DNA of 45,416 nt, from NCBI GenBank assembly GCA_002762865.1, contig PCYE01000012.1:879-46294 (forward strand). Reading direction: 5' to 3'. Position 1 is the stretch's first letter. Every line of letters begins with the position of its first letter. The position numbers were made by a program, and so were the translations under genes. Positions 9,210-19,160 of the stretch are shown here, piece by piece. The notes under the pieces were generated by a model. That model saw nothing but the letters and a program-made list of their open reading frames with translations. It did no database searches and was not told the DNA's origin. Origin of the DNA: Candidatus Woesearchaeota archaeon CG10_big_fil_rev_8_21_14_0_10_33_12. Lineage in GTDB: Archaea; Nanobdellota; Nanobdellia; Woesearchaeales; CG1-02-33-12.

Positions 9210-9341
9210 CTAAGAGATCCTTGCATGATTTGAGCTGCACCCAAGGCAGTAAGTATGAACAACATTGTCATTGCCAAAATGCAGCCTACAATCTTCTGCA
9301 GAAAGTATAAGCTTTCCGCACGACTCACATTTATCGTACAT
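9210..9341 (-). CDS. 43-aa zinc-finger microprotein MYDKCESCGKLILSAEDCRLHFGNDNVVHTYCLGCSSNHARIS
   Basis: Two CxxC motifs; GGGTAG before the ATG; TTTATAA about 35 nt upstream; below the ORF-track cutoff. Confidence 0.7.
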   Translation of the reverse strand: MYDKCESCGKLILSAEDCRLHFGNDNVVHTYCLGCSSNHARIS

Positions 9342-9452
9342 AAACTACCCTATATTGGCATTGGTTTCCAAGCTTATAAATGTTTTCTTTTTAAAAGCCG
9401 ATAAACAAAAACAAAAGAAAACTTTATTAATTAGACATATTAATAAAATTTC

Positions 9453-10091
9453 ATGAAATATGAAGCGATTGTCTTTGATTTAGATGGAACATTAATCCAT
9501 ACAGCCCCCGAATACAGGTATATCATTGTAGGAAATACCTTAAAAGATTTAGGTGTCTCAGCTTCAAATAAAAAAATAGACAAATTCTGGTTTGAAAAGG
9601 AGAGAAATAAAATAATAAAAAATGAATTTGGAGTAAAAGAACCTCAGAGATTCTGGGAAAAATATGATATCTACGAAAAAACCGATTTAAGGAAGAATTT
9701 TGTAAAAGCTTATGAAGATATAAATTTCATTAAAGAATTAAAAAATAGAGGTTATAAATTAGGAATAGTAACTAGCGCAGCTGAACATATTGTGGATATT
9801 GAGTTAGAACTTATTGGAAAAAAATATTTTGATGCTGTTATAATGGCGAGAAGCTCAAATGGTATAATACCAAAACCTCATCCCCAGGGTTTATTGAAAT
9901 GTCTCGATGAGTTAAAGGTTAATCCAGAAAAATCAATTTATGTTGGAAATGCAGAAGAGGATTTAATATGTGCAGAAAAAGCAAATGTATTAGGAGTTAT
10001 TATATTAAGGAATGAATATAAATTTAAGAATATAAATTCTTGCTTTACAATTAGTTCTTTAGATAAATTAGAAAAAATTCTAAGCTTATAG
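9453..10091 (+). CDS. HAD family hydrolase (phosphoglycolate phosphatase-like)
   Basis: FDLDGTL, GIVTS, PKPHP, YVGN..EDL motifs. Confidence 0.9.
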   Translation: MKYEAIVFDLDGTLIHTAPEYRYIIVGNTLKDLGVSASNKKIDKFWFEKERNKIIKNEFGVKEPQRFWEKYDIYEKTDLRKNFVKAYEDINFIKELKNRGYKLGIVTSAAEHIVDIELELIGKKYFDAVIMARSSNGIIPKPHPQGLLKCLDELKVNPEKSIYVGNAEEDLICAEKANVLGVIILRNEYKFKNINSCFTISSLDKLEKILSL

Positions 10092-10096
10092 TTAAA

Positions 10097-10169
10097 TGGG
10101 CCCACCCGGAATCGAACCGGGGATCTTCACCCTGTGAAGGTGATGTCATAGCCGCTAGACCATAGGCCC
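10097..10169 (-). tRNA. tRNA-Val(CAC)
   Basis: GGGCCTA/TGGGCCC acceptor, TCACC-TTCACAG-GGTGA anticodon arm, CCCGG-TTCGATT-CCGGG T-arm. Confidence 0.96.
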
Positions 10170-10174
10170 AATGA

Positions 10175-10726
10175 TCATAAAAAATTGTTTCTTTTTCTTA
10201 GCTTTTCTATCTCGTTATGGCTTTTTTTAACCCTTTCCACATATTCCTCTCCAAGTTCTTTTCTGTATCTTTCAATTACTTCTTTTATTGTGCCAACTCT
10301 ACTTCCAAATATTAGATTATCAGCATATGTTATTATTTTTTCTTCTGTTGTTTCAGGAACAAAATCCTTTAAGGGGAGATCGAGGCCTTGTTTTTCTATG
10401 TCTTTTTTTGTTATTCCAACACCAATATGTGTTTCAGCAATTCTTGCATATTTTTTAAGGCCTTCCTTAATTAATATTTCTCCGCCGACAACTCCGTGCC
10501 TTATTGAGTTTTCCTTATAGCATTTAAATCTTCCAATATCATGCAATAAGGAGCCTATCTTAACAAGGTTAATATCAACATCATGATTTTTCTTAACCTC
10601 CTCAGCTATCTCTAAAGCAAGCTTTTGGACAGCTCTTGAATGATTCAATACCTTGTTAAAACTTTCATCATCAGTAGAATACTTCCTCAAAAGTTCAACT
10701 GCCTCTTTTTCAGTTATATCTCTCAT
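10175..10726 (-). CDS. HD-domain (HDIG) metal-dependent phosphohydrolase
   Basis: HSRAV, LLHDIGR, HGVVG, THIGVG, EEKIITYAD. Confidence 0.9.
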   Translation of the reverse strand: MRDITEKEAVELLRKYSTDDESFNKVLNHSRAVQKLALEIAEEVKKNHDVDINLVKIGSLLHDIGRFKCYKENSIRHGVVGGEILIKEGLKKYARIAETHIGVGITKKDIEKQGLDLPLKDFVPETTEEKIITYADNLIFGSRVGTIKEVIERYRKELGEEYVERVKKSHNEIEKLRKRNNFL

Positions 10727-10761
10727 AAAAAAACAGAAATAACAGTTTAATAAAAAGCTTT

Positions 10762-10992
10762 CTAAATTAGTCCCTTATCATTGGAGCCCACATAACCAGG
10801 GTGATAAGCATAGTCTCTCATATTAATAGGACCTCTTGTTCCTCCAATACCAAGAAGGGGTTTAACCTTAGGAAGAGGATCCATTGTATTATTTTTATAA
10901 TCTCTTTTACTTTCATTTGGTGTTTCAAGAAGATGCAATAAACCAAAAGAAATTTCATTAAACAAATTTTTTGCCTTGATCCCTATATCCAT
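10762..10992 (-). CDS. Hypothetical protein
   Basis: 76-aa ORF with AAGG before the ATG, co-oriented with neighbours. Confidence 0.5.
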   Translation of the reverse strand: MDIGIKAKNLFNEISFGLLHLLETPNESKRDYKNNTMDPLPKVKPLLGIGGTRGPINMRDYAYHPGYVGSNDKGLI

Positions 10993-11008
10993 AACAAAAA
11001 CCTTATTT

Positions 11009-11437
11009 CTATTTTTTATAATTTTTGGAAACTAACTCCGTTATTGTATTGATTTGTGAAGTAATAGTAGAAAAAGCGTTATTCATTGATTCAACTGCAT
11101 CCCAATATTGTTGTTGTTGTTTTTCATAAAAAAATGAATAAGTTCTTGTGCATTCTCCTACAAAACCTCCCAAGTAAAAATATACTGGTTCCTTTGTAAC
11201 TAGTGCTGTTATCGCAGAAGCAACCTCAATTGAATTTGATAACATTTTCTCAAGAAAAACCCTTCTTTCAGCTCCTTTAGTTAGTTCAATCTCTTCAGAC
11301 AATAATTCACTTTCTTCTTTTATTCTATTACTATTGTTATTTTTTATTTTTTCAAAGTAAATTGTTTTGTTTCTATAATATTCTCTTGATTCGGTTCCAA
11401 GAAAGTATTCTGAAACTAATTCCACTAATTTTGACAT
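11009..11437 (-). CDS. Hypothetical protein
   Basis: 142-aa ORF; TTTATAAA about 25 nt upstream. Confidence 0.65.
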   Translation of the reverse strand: MSKLVELVSEYFLGTESREYYRNKTIYFEKIKNNNSNRIKEESELLSEEIELTKGAERRVFLEKMLSNSIEVASAITALVTKEPVYFYLGGFVGECTRTYSFFYEKQQQQYWDAVESMNNAFSTITSQINTITELVSKNYKK

Positions 11438-11550
11438 TTTAATAAAAATTATTTTTATTGTTTATAAATATTTCTATACTTTACTACTCTGGAGTATTTA
11501 ATCAACTATCTAACAACTTAAACTATCCTCCTGTTAAGTTAAATTTTAAT

Positions 11551-11610
11551 AAAAAAATAAAGGCTCCCTATTCTTGAGTTTAGGGGTAGTAAGAATTAGG
11601 CAGGGAGCCT
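11551..11610 (-). terminator. GC-rich hairpin plus U-tract after the 11609..12034 gene
   Basis: AGGCTCCCT (11561-11569) / AGGGAGCCT (11602-11610), inner ATTCTT/AAGAAT, then TTATTTTTTT on the minus strand. Confidence 0.55.
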
Positions 11611-12034
11611 ATATAAATGTGATTTTTGATTTTTTTGGTGGCTTTTTCAGTTCTTCAAGCCACATTGCACCAATATTGATCATTTCCTTTTGGAACTGGT
11701 CTGATATTTTGTATGTTTTTTTGTAAAGATTGAAATTAATAATGCCCATGCTTTTCATTGGTGTTAATATTCTGTCATAAAACTGCCTTTTGTTATATGA
11801 AAGCTTGACCTTCTTGCCTTTGTATGACGGCTCTTCAATCTCTGCAACCAATGTTCCTTCATGAAGCCTTGTGGCAAACAGAGACATTTCTGACTTGCCT
11901 ATCTCACCGCCATTTTCTTTCATGTAATTTATCAGCAGATTGGCAACTATCTTCTGTTGTTTTGTTGCGAATATTACTTCCAGTATATCATCAGGGATAT
12001 TAAATAAGTCAAATAAAATGACCATTTTGAACAT
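11609..12034 (-). CDS. Hypothetical protein, possibly winged-helix
   Basis: 141-aa ORF; YNKRQFYDRILTPMKSMGII...YKIS resembles a wHTH recognition helix and wing. Confidence 0.7.
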   Translation of the reverse strand: MFKMVILFDLFNIPDDILEVIFATKQQKIVANLLINYMKENGGEIGKSEMSLFATRLHEGTLVAEIEEPSYKGKKVKLSYNKRQFYDRILTPMKSMGIINFNLYKKTYKISDQFQKEMINIGAMWLEELKKPPKKSKITFI

Positions 12035-12095
12035 AATAAATCATACTAGTATATAAATGTTACTATTTTGTATACTGGAATAGTTTTTATAATAT

Positions 12096-13967
12096 CTATT
12101 TTTTAGAAAAAAAGTCTTTAATATCATTGAGATAATTTTTAGTAATCTTAATATCCCAGTCAATAGGAAAGCATTTGAAATATGTTGGCCAGCAATATCT
12201 CTGGTCTAAAAATACTATTACCCCTCGATCAGTTGATGACCTTATACAGCGGCCAGCGCTTTGCAAGGATTTATTAAAACCAGGAAGCCTGTATCCATAA
12301 TCCCAGCCTTTGCTAAATTTCATGTCATAGTAATCTATCAATGCCTTTGCCTCAAGGTCTGGCTTTTGCAATGGTATTCCAATAACAACAACACACTTTA
12401 AAACCCCTGGCAAGTCAATTCCCTCTCCAAAAGAACCTGATGCAACGCACAACAAGACTGCTCCTAAATTTTTGTAAGACTTAAATTTTTCCAAGAGCTC
12501 TTTTTTCTCCTCTTTCTTTAGGTTAGGTATTTCAAGAAAAGTTGTTTTTCTGCATAATTTAGTAAAAAAGTGATTAACAGTGTCCCTTATGTAATAGCTT
12601 GGAAAAAAAAGTGCAGAATTTCCAGGGGTTTCATTCACAATATCAGAGCATATTTTTGCTATCCTCCTGAACTGCTTTTCATTTCTTAGAGAATATTTTG
12701 TGCTTGTTTCAGGAACTATAATATTAAGCTGGTTTTTGACTGGAAAAGGGCTTTTATATGATTTTTCAACTGTATTTTCTTCAAAACCTAAAAGGTCTTT
12801 GTACATTAGTGTTGGAGTTAGTGTTCCAGACATTATGATTGTTGAATGTGCATTATTTACTATATCTCTTGTAACTAATGATGGGTCTAAACAGCGGTAT
12901 GACAAAATTATCGCTTTTGGTTTTTTCTCAATTATCCTTACAAATCCTTCATCAGAACCCTGCCATGCACTAAGAAATTTTGCAACTGAGCCAATGCTGC
13001 TCTGCTTTTTTGTTTCCCTGACAGCATCGCCTATGAACTCAAAGTCTGAAACCAGATCATCATAATCTGCAATCTGGCTTATTTTTTTTGCAAACTCATC
13101 TTTTTTTACAATAGTTTCACCATATTCTTTTAGTTCTTTGGCAAGATTTTCCAGAATATTCTTAATCTCAACCAGGCTTTCTCTTGCTTTATTATACTTA
13201 AACTTCTTTGCTTCGCTGATAGCCCTCTTTACTGTAAAGCTTGATAACCGTTCTGTCATTAAATCCCTTACTCTTGAAGCAAGATTATGGCCTTCATCAA
13301 TTATAATAATTGTATTCTCAACATCTTTTTGTATTCTCTTGAAAAAAGAATCTCTTATAGCCGGGCTGAAAATATAATAATAATCTGTGACAATAACATC
13401 TGCATCTTTTGCCAATAATGCTGAGATTTCATATGGGCAAAGCCTGTATTTTGAACATATGTCCTTAACTGTTTCTGTATGGCATGGAGATAATTGTTTT
13501 AATTCTGATAAAACTGCCTTTGCTTTTACAGTTAATTTTGATTTTGTTCTTGTGTTTGCATAAAATTCGCATTTATTGTCTTCTCTTACAGTTTTGCAGT
13601 AATCTGCAAACTCACCTGAATAAAGCATTTCAACACCTGGAACAAGGCACATCCATTTCTTGCCAATTATGTCAGCAGCCTTTATACTCAGGTTGTATTC
13701 TTCTTTTATTTTTTTAAGAGTATTTATTGCAATAATATGCTGTGTATGCCTATTTGTCAGAAAAAATACTGTCAGCTTGTTTTTTATTGCATAAGCCAGT
13801 GCAGGAGCCAGGACGCCAGCAGTTTTTCCAATGCCTGTCGGAGCATGCATAATCAGGCTTTTTTTGTTTTTAAGGGCATTATCAACATCTAATATCATAT
13901 CATCCTGTATTTCCCTGACTTTGGAATGGGGGAATAATAATTTAGCCAGATTATCTTTTGATATCAT
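12096..13967 (-). CDS. xpd: XPD/Rad3 family Fe-S DNA helicase
   Basis: APTGIGKT, four Fe-S Cys ending LCPY, DEGHN, SGTL, GEGIDLPG, QSAGRCIRS. Confidence 0.95.
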   Translation of the reverse strand: MISKDNLAKLLFPHSKVREIQDDMILDVDNALKNKKSLIMHAPTGIGKTAGVLAPALAYAIKNKLTVFFLTNRHTQHIIAINTLKKIKEEYNLSIKAADIIGKKWMCLVPGVEMLYSGEFADYCKTVREDNKCEFYANTRTKSKLTVKAKAVLSELKQLSPCHTETVKDICSKYRLCPYEISALLAKDADVIVTDYYYIFSPAIRDSFFKRIQKDVENTIIIIDEGHNLASRVRDLMTERLSSFTVKRAISEAKKFKYNKARESLVEIKNILENLAKELKEYGETIVKKDEFAKKISQIADYDDLVSDFEFIGDAVRETKKQSSIGSVAKFLSAWQGSDEGFVRIIEKKPKAIILSYRCLDPSLVTRDIVNNAHSTIIMSGTLTPTLMYKDLLGFEENTVEKSYKSPFPVKNQLNIIVPETSTKYSLRNEKQFRRIAKICSDIVNETPGNSALFFPSYYIRDTVNHFFTKLCRKTTFLEIPNLKKEEKKELLEKFKSYKNLGAVLLCVASGSFGEGIDLPGVLKCVVVIGIPLQKPDLEAKALIDYYDMKFSKGWDYGYRLPGFNKSLQSAGRCIRSSTDRGVIVFLDQRYCWPTYFKCFPIDWDIKITKNYLNDIKDFFSKK

Positions 13968-14017
13968 ATTAAAAAAAGAAAATAGTTGCTATATAAATCT
14001 TTATCTTAAGAAGCAGA

Positions 14018-14710
14018 TTATTTTCCGAGTTTTTCCTTAATCTTTTTTGCAAGCTCTTTTCCTTTTTCAGTTAATAAACTGCCTGTTTTTTTGCCTGTTT
14101 TTTCAAATATTATTTTACCTTTCTTGAGGTTTCTCTCCATTACTAAACTATAATCATGTAAAACAGCAGCCATATCCTTTATCCTATTGCCATATTTTTC
14201 AAGGAATGCAACAGTTGTCAGGGGATATCTTTGAGGAATAGTTGGCTTTTCATCAGAATAGCCGATTGTTATGATTGCCTGGGGTCTTACAGAATCCGGA
14301 ATGTTAAGAACCCTTGAGACTACATTCTCATCAAATGCACCAACCCAGCATGCTCCAAGATCAAGTGAATGTGCTGTTAAAAGCATGTTTTCTATTGCAG
14401 CTGCACAGTTTTGTATAGAATAAAGCCTGCTTCCCCTTACACCATAGAATCTTTCGCTTTTTTTCAGGTCTGCGCAGACAATTATGTAAACAGGAGCTTT
14501 TGACATCCAGTGCTGCCTTAATGAAGCCTCTGCAATTGTTTTTCTTTTGTCCTCATCCTGCACTACAATAAAGTTATAATCCTGTATATTTCCAGAGCTT
14601 GGGGCAAGCCTCCCAGCTTCTAAAATAGTTCCCACTTTGTCCCATTCAACTGGAATATCAAGATATTTTCTTATGCTTCTCCTTGTGCTTATGCATTCAA
14701 AAACTTCCAT
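14018..14710 (-). CDS. Nitroreductase family protein
   Basis: TRRSIRKY, APSSGNIQ, ENMLLTAHSLDLGACWVGAF. Confidence 0.93.
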   Translation of the reverse strand: MEVFECISTRRSIRKYLDIPVEWDKVGTILEAGRLAPSSGNIQDYNFIVVQDEDKRKTIAEASLRQHWMSKAPVYIIVCADLKKSERFYGVRGSRLYSIQNCAAAIENMLLTAHSLDLGACWVGAFDENVVSRVLNIPDSVRPQAIITIGYSDEKPTIPQRYPLTTVAFLEKYGNRIKDMAAVLHDYSLVMERNLKKGKIIFEKTGKKTGSLLTEKGKELAKKIKEKLGK

Positions 14711-14792
14711 ATTAAGCATTATAAAACTCTTTATTAATAAAATTATCGCTTTATTCAAAAATTATTTATAGTAAGGAGATTTATTAAAGGGT

Positions 14793-16718
14793 ATGAAATA
14801 CATTAACCTGGTTGAGGTCTACCAAAAGCTTGACTCAACAACAAAGAGACTTGAGAAAACTTATTTTATATCTGAACTATTAAGAAAAACTCCGGTAGAA
14901 GATCTTTCCAGGATAACATTATTATTGCAGGGCAAAATCTTTCCGCCGTGGGATGAGCGCAAGATTGGCGTTGCATCAAGAATGGTTTTAAAGGCAATAA
15001 ATGTTTCATCTGGCTTAAGTGTTAAGGAAATTGAGGATGAGTGGAAAAAAACAGGTGATCTTGGAAAGACAGCTGAAAACCTTATCCAAAAGAAAAAACA
15101 GGCCACTTTATTCTCTAGTGATTTGTCTGTGAGCAAGGTTTTTGATAATTTAAGAAAACTTGCCACCTTAGAAGGCCTTGGCTCTGTTGACCAAAAAGTA
15201 AAATTAATATCTGAGCTGCTTACATCTGCAAAACCTATTGAGGCAAGATACATCGTGAGGAATGTTTTAGAGGACCTAAGGGTGGGCGTTGGAGCTGGCT
15301 CTTTAAGAGATGCAATTGCATGGGCATTTTTTCCAAAAGTTAGTGGAATATTTTTCAAGTGTGATAAATGCAATAACTATATGCCTAATATAACTAAATG
15401 CCTTGAATGCAACGAAGCTATAGAAAACAAGTTCAATAAAGAAATTGAAAAATTTGATGAAAAAAAAGTTCTTAAACTAAAAAGCATTGACGAGCTTAAG
15501 AAAGCAGATATTAAAAAATATGATTTTATCTTATGCAATGATGAGAATTTAGCAAGGGAAGCTTATAATTATTTTGTTAATGCTGTTCAGGGAGCTTATG
15601 ATGTTGCAAATGACTTTTCTGTTGTTGCAGAAAAAGCAAAAGTTGAGGGTATTAAAGGCTTAATGAGTGTTGGCCTTGAGCCTGGAAGGCCTGTAAAGGT
15701 AATGCTAGCCATAAAAGTAAAGGATATAAAAGAAGGATTTGAAAGAGTTGGCAAGCCAGCTGATATTGAGTATAAATTAGATGGCTTCAGGCTGCAAATA
15801 CACAAAAAAGATAATGAAATAAAGCTTTTTACAAGAAGGCTTGAGAATGTCACAAAACAGTTTCCAGATGTTGTTGATTATGTTAAACATAATATTAAAG
15901 GGGATTCTTTTATAATTGACTCAGAGGGAGTCGGCTTCAGCCCAAAAACAAAAAAATATCTTCCATTCCAGAGCATATCCCAGAGAATTAAACGAAAGTA
16001 TGACATTGAGAATATGGCAAAGGAGTTTCCTGTTGAGCTGAATGTTTTTGATGTTATCTATTACAATGGGAAAAACATGATTAAGACACCTTTTATTGAG
16101 AGAAGAAATATTATTGAGAAAATAGTAAAGCCTGCTGAAAGAAAAATTGTTTATGTCAAGAACCTTATAACATCTGATGAGAAGGAAGTTTTAAAGTTTT
16201 ACAAGGAATCTCTTAAGAGAGGAAATGAAGGGATTATGTTTAAGACACTTGACGCTGTTTACAAGCCAGGTGCAAGAGTTGGGCATATGGTGAAGTTCAA
16301 GCCTATTATGGATACCCTTGATTTGGTTATTGTTGGAGCAGAGTGGGGAGAAGGCAAGCGATCTGACTGGCTGAGTTCTTTTACACTTGCATGTATTGAT
16401 GAAAACAATAATTTTCTTGAGATAGGAAAGGTCGGGACAGGCATTAAGGAAAAATCAGAGCTTGGAGTTTCATTCAGCCAGCTTACAGAGGAATTAAAGC
16501 CATTGATAATCTCTGAAAAAGGAAAAAGTGTTATTGTAAAGCCGGAGATTGTTGTAGAAATAAACTATGAAGAAATCCAGAAAAGCCAGACATACAGCTC
16601 AGGATATGCCTTAAGATTTCCGAGATTGATAAATTTAAGGCTGGAAAGGTCTGCTGAGGAATGCAGCACACTAAACATGGTTGAGGAGTTTTATGAAGGC
16701 CAGAGGCACAGGAAATAA
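14793..16718 (+). CDS. lig: ATP-dependent DNA ligase with a Zn-ribbon-containing insertion
   Basis: EYKLDGFR (motif I), FDVIY, EGIMFK, DTLDLVIVG, YALRFPR (motif VI). Confidence 0.97.
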   Translation: MKYINLVEVYQKLDSTTKRLEKTYFISELLRKTPVEDLSRITLLLQGKIFPPWDERKIGVASRMVLKAINVSSGLSVKEIEDEWKKTGDLGKTAENLIQKKKQATLFSSDLSVSKVFDNLRKLATLEGLGSVDQKVKLISELLTSAKPIEARYIVRNVLEDLRVGVGAGSLRDAIAWAFFPKVSGIFFKCDKCNNYMPNITKCLECNEAIENKFNKEIEKFDEKKVLKLKSIDELKKADIKKYDFILCNDENLAREAYNYFVNAVQGAYDVANDFSVVAEKAKVEGIKGLMSVGLEPGRPVKVMLAIKVKDIKEGFERVGKPADIEYKLDGFRLQIHKKDNEIKLFTRRLENVTKQFPDVVDYVKHNIKGDSFIIDSEGVGFSPKTKKYLPFQSISQRIKRKYDIENMAKEFPVELNVFDVIYYNGKNMIKTPFIERRNIIEKIVKPAERKIVYVKNLITSDEKEVLKFYKESLKRGNEGIMFKTLDAVYKPGARVGHMVKFKPIMDTLDLVIVGAEWGEGKRSDWLSSFTLACIDENNNFLEIGKVGTGIKEKSELGVSFSQLTEELKPLIISEKGKSVIVKPEIVVEINYEEIQKSQTYSSGYALRFPRLINLRLERSAEECSTLNMVEEFYEGQRHRK

Positions 16719-16755
16719 TATCAACTTTTAGGAGATTATTAAATTTGTTAATACA

Positions 16756-17736
16756 ATGTTAAAATCAAATCACATAGTTAAAAAACTTGATATAAGATTC
16801 TTCAACAGCATGAAGATTGACTACATTAAAGAAACCTTAACAAAATCAACCCTTCACGATGAGAAACTTAATTCTGAGATAGATTGGTATCTATCATTTC
16901 CATCTCACTTCAGAAGGTATTTTCCTAAGATATTTGATTACAGAAAGGGGTATAATCCATACATAAAAATGGAATTTTACAATTATCCTTCACTTGCAGA
17001 TATTTATTTAAATGATAAGCTTCCACTTGACCAGTGGAAAAAAATATTTTTGGATCTTCATGAAATAGTCAAAAAATTTCAATCTGCAAATAAAAAAATA
17101 ACTGAAAAAGAAAAATTTGAGAGTCTTCTTAGTATGTATTATAAAAAAACAATCAAACGGTTAAAACAGCTGGAAATGCAAAATAGCTGGAATAAAATTT
17201 TATCAAATCCAATTTATATAAATGGAAAAAAATATTTTAAAGATAAAATAAAAAAAGACCTTAAAGATTGTCTACACAAATACTTGCTTAACTTACCAAA
17301 AAGAGATTTTTGCTTGATACACGGGGACTTATGTGCAGGAAATATACTCTTTGATAAATCTAACTTTATATTCGTTGATCCGCGAGGAAAGTTTGGAAAA
17401 TTTGTCATATATGGTGACACATACTATGATATTGCAAAACTATCTCACAGTTTTTTGGGATTTTATGATTTAATAGTTGACTCAAAATATAAACTTGATT
17501 TTAATGATAACCATATAAACTATGAAATACTTGCTTCAGATAAACAAAATAAGATATCGGAAGCATTTAAGGAAGAAATTCTATTTAAGTATGATTACAA
17601 GGAAGTTAGATTAATCGAATCCCTTTTGTTCCTAAGCATGCTTCCATTACATGTTGATGATTTTAAAAGGCAAATTGTGCTTTTTTCAAGGGGTCTGGAA
17701 TTATTTTATAGTGTTAAGGATGGTGGTTATTATTAG
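16756..17736 (+). CDS. APH/choline-kinase-like phosphotransferase (probable sugar kinase)
   Basis: IHGDLCAGNI, FVDPRGKFG, YGDTYYDIAKLSHS, LFLSMLPLH. Confidence 0.85.
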   Translation: MLKSNHIVKKLDIRFFNSMKIDYIKETLTKSTLHDEKLNSEIDWYLSFPSHFRRYFPKIFDYRKGYNPYIKMEFYNYPSLADIYLNDKLPLDQWKKIFLDLHEIVKKFQSANKKITEKEKFESLLSMYYKKTIKRLKQLEMQNSWNKILSNPIYINGKKYFKDKIKKDLKDCLHKYLLNLPKRDFCLIHGDLCAGNILFDKSNFIFVDPRGKFGKFVIYGDTYYDIAKLSHSFLGFYDLIVDSKYKLDFNDNHINYEILASDKQNKISEAFKEEILFKYDYKEVRLIESLLFLSMLPLHVDDFKRQIVLFSRGLELFYSVKDGGYY

Positions 17737-18430
17737 AATTATCATAACTATGGCAGGTGAAGGAATTAGATTCAAAAAAGCAGGCTACCTCATTCCAAAA
17801 CACATGATAAAAATAAAGGACAAAACAATGTTTGAATGGGCTATGCTAACATTAAAGGATTTTTATGGTGAAGAATTTATTTTTGTTACCTTAGAAAAAA
17901 ATAATGATTTGAGTTTCATTAATGAAAAATGCAAATTATTAGGCATAAAAAAAAGAAAGATTGTATCCATAGATAATATAACTTCCGGGCAAGCAGAAAC
18001 TGTTTTGAAAGCAGAAAAAGAAATAAGTTTGGATGAACCCATACTGATTTATAATGTGGATACTTACGTTGAGCCTTATGAATTAAGAAAAACTGATATA
18101 AAGGGGTATGGCTTTGTTCCGTGTTTTAAGGCAAATGGAACCCACTGGAGTTTTGTAAAATTTGATTCAAATAAAAGAATTTTTGATATTACAGAAAAAG
18201 TAAGGATATCTGAATATGCGTCTATAGGGCTTTATTATTTTTGCAGTTTTTCCTTATTCAAGAAATGTTTTGGTAAATATTATTCGCAGGAATCTAAAGA
18301 AAAATATATTGCCCCTATTTACAATATTCTAATAAAAGATAACAAAGAGGTGTATACTTCAATCTTAGATAGCAAAAAAGTCCATATTTTAGGGACTCCA
18401 GAAGAGGTGAAATCATTTGAGGAGAAATAA
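17720..18430 (+). CDS. Sugar-phosphate nucleotidyltransferase
   Basis: ITMAGEGIRFKKAGYLIPKHMI, TSGQAETV, IYNVD, EKVRISEYASIGLYYF, LGTPEE. Confidence 0.85.
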   Translation: MVVIIRIIITMAGEGIRFKKAGYLIPKHMIKIKDKTMFEWAMLTLKDFYGEEFIFVTLEKNNDLSFINEKCKLLGIKKRKIVSIDNITSGQAETVLKAEKEISLDEPILIYNVDTYVEPYELRKTDIKGYGFVPCFKANGTHWSFVKFDSNKRIFDITEKVRISEYASIGLYYFCSFSLFKKCFGKYYSQESKEKYIAPIYNILIKDNKEVYTSILDSKKVHILGTPEEVKSFEEK

Positions 18431-19160
18431 GTCAGATAATATCCTTGTTTTTGTGCCTGGTTATAATGTTGAAAACACAATTGAAAAAGTTTTTTTTGGT
18501 TTAATGAAAACAAAGAAAGAATTGAATTTTGACATTTTGTTTATTGACAACAGAAGCAAGGATAATACATTCGAAAAACTAAAAGAATTAGTAGAAAACA
18601 AAAAACAAAAAGGGATAAAACTGGTCAGAAACTCCAAAAATTTAGGTTATGGTGGCTCACAAAAGGTTGCATTTGGGTATGCATTCAGGAAAAAATATGA
18701 CTATCTTATTGAGTATGATGGGGATATGCAATATCCAGTTGCAAATATCCTTGATTTATATGCAAAAATAAAAAAAACAAAGTTAGGTATTGTTTTTGGC
18801 TCAAGAGTCACAACCAAAGAAAATATATCTCAGATGCCCTTTTGGAAGGCTTTTGGGAACAAATTTTTTAACATGCTAAACAAATGGGCATTAGGCATTA
18901 AAGTTTCTGAGATACATACTGGTTTTAGAATTTACAACCTCAAGAATATTAAAGGGTTTAATTTTAATAGGTGCCATAATGATTATAGGTGGACAATAGA
19001 TAGTGTTGTGGAGATACTAAAAATAAATAAGAATTTATCTGAAATACCTACAAAGGCTTTATACACTAAATATTCAAGTGCCCCAAGTTTCAAGCAGTTG
19101 TTTAAGACAATGGTGTATATGTTTTTTAGGGCACTGGAATACAAATTCTTAAGACTATGA
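18417..19160 (+). CDS. GT2 glycosyltransferase (polyprenol-phosphate glycosyltransferase-like)
   Basis: VPGYNVE, IDNRSKDNT, NLGYGGSQK, DGDMQY, FGSR, HTGFRIY. Confidence 0.9.
   Translation: MRRNKSDNILVFVPGYNVENTIEKVFFGLMKTKKELNFDILFIDNRSKDNTFEKLKELVENKKQKGIKLVRNSKNLGYGGSQKVAFGYAFRKKYDYLIEYDGDMQYPVANILDLYAKIKKTKLGIVFGSRVTTKENISQMPFWKAFGNKFFNMLNKWALGIKVSEIHTGFRIYNLKNIKGFNFNRCHNDYRWTIDSVVEILKINKNLSEIPTKALYTKYSSAPSFKQLFKTMVYMFFRALEYKFLRL

Noticed and set aside
15330-15570. Mini-intein in DNA ligase
   Set aside because: No N-terminal Cys/Ser block or C-terminal His-Asn followed by Cys/Ser/Thr
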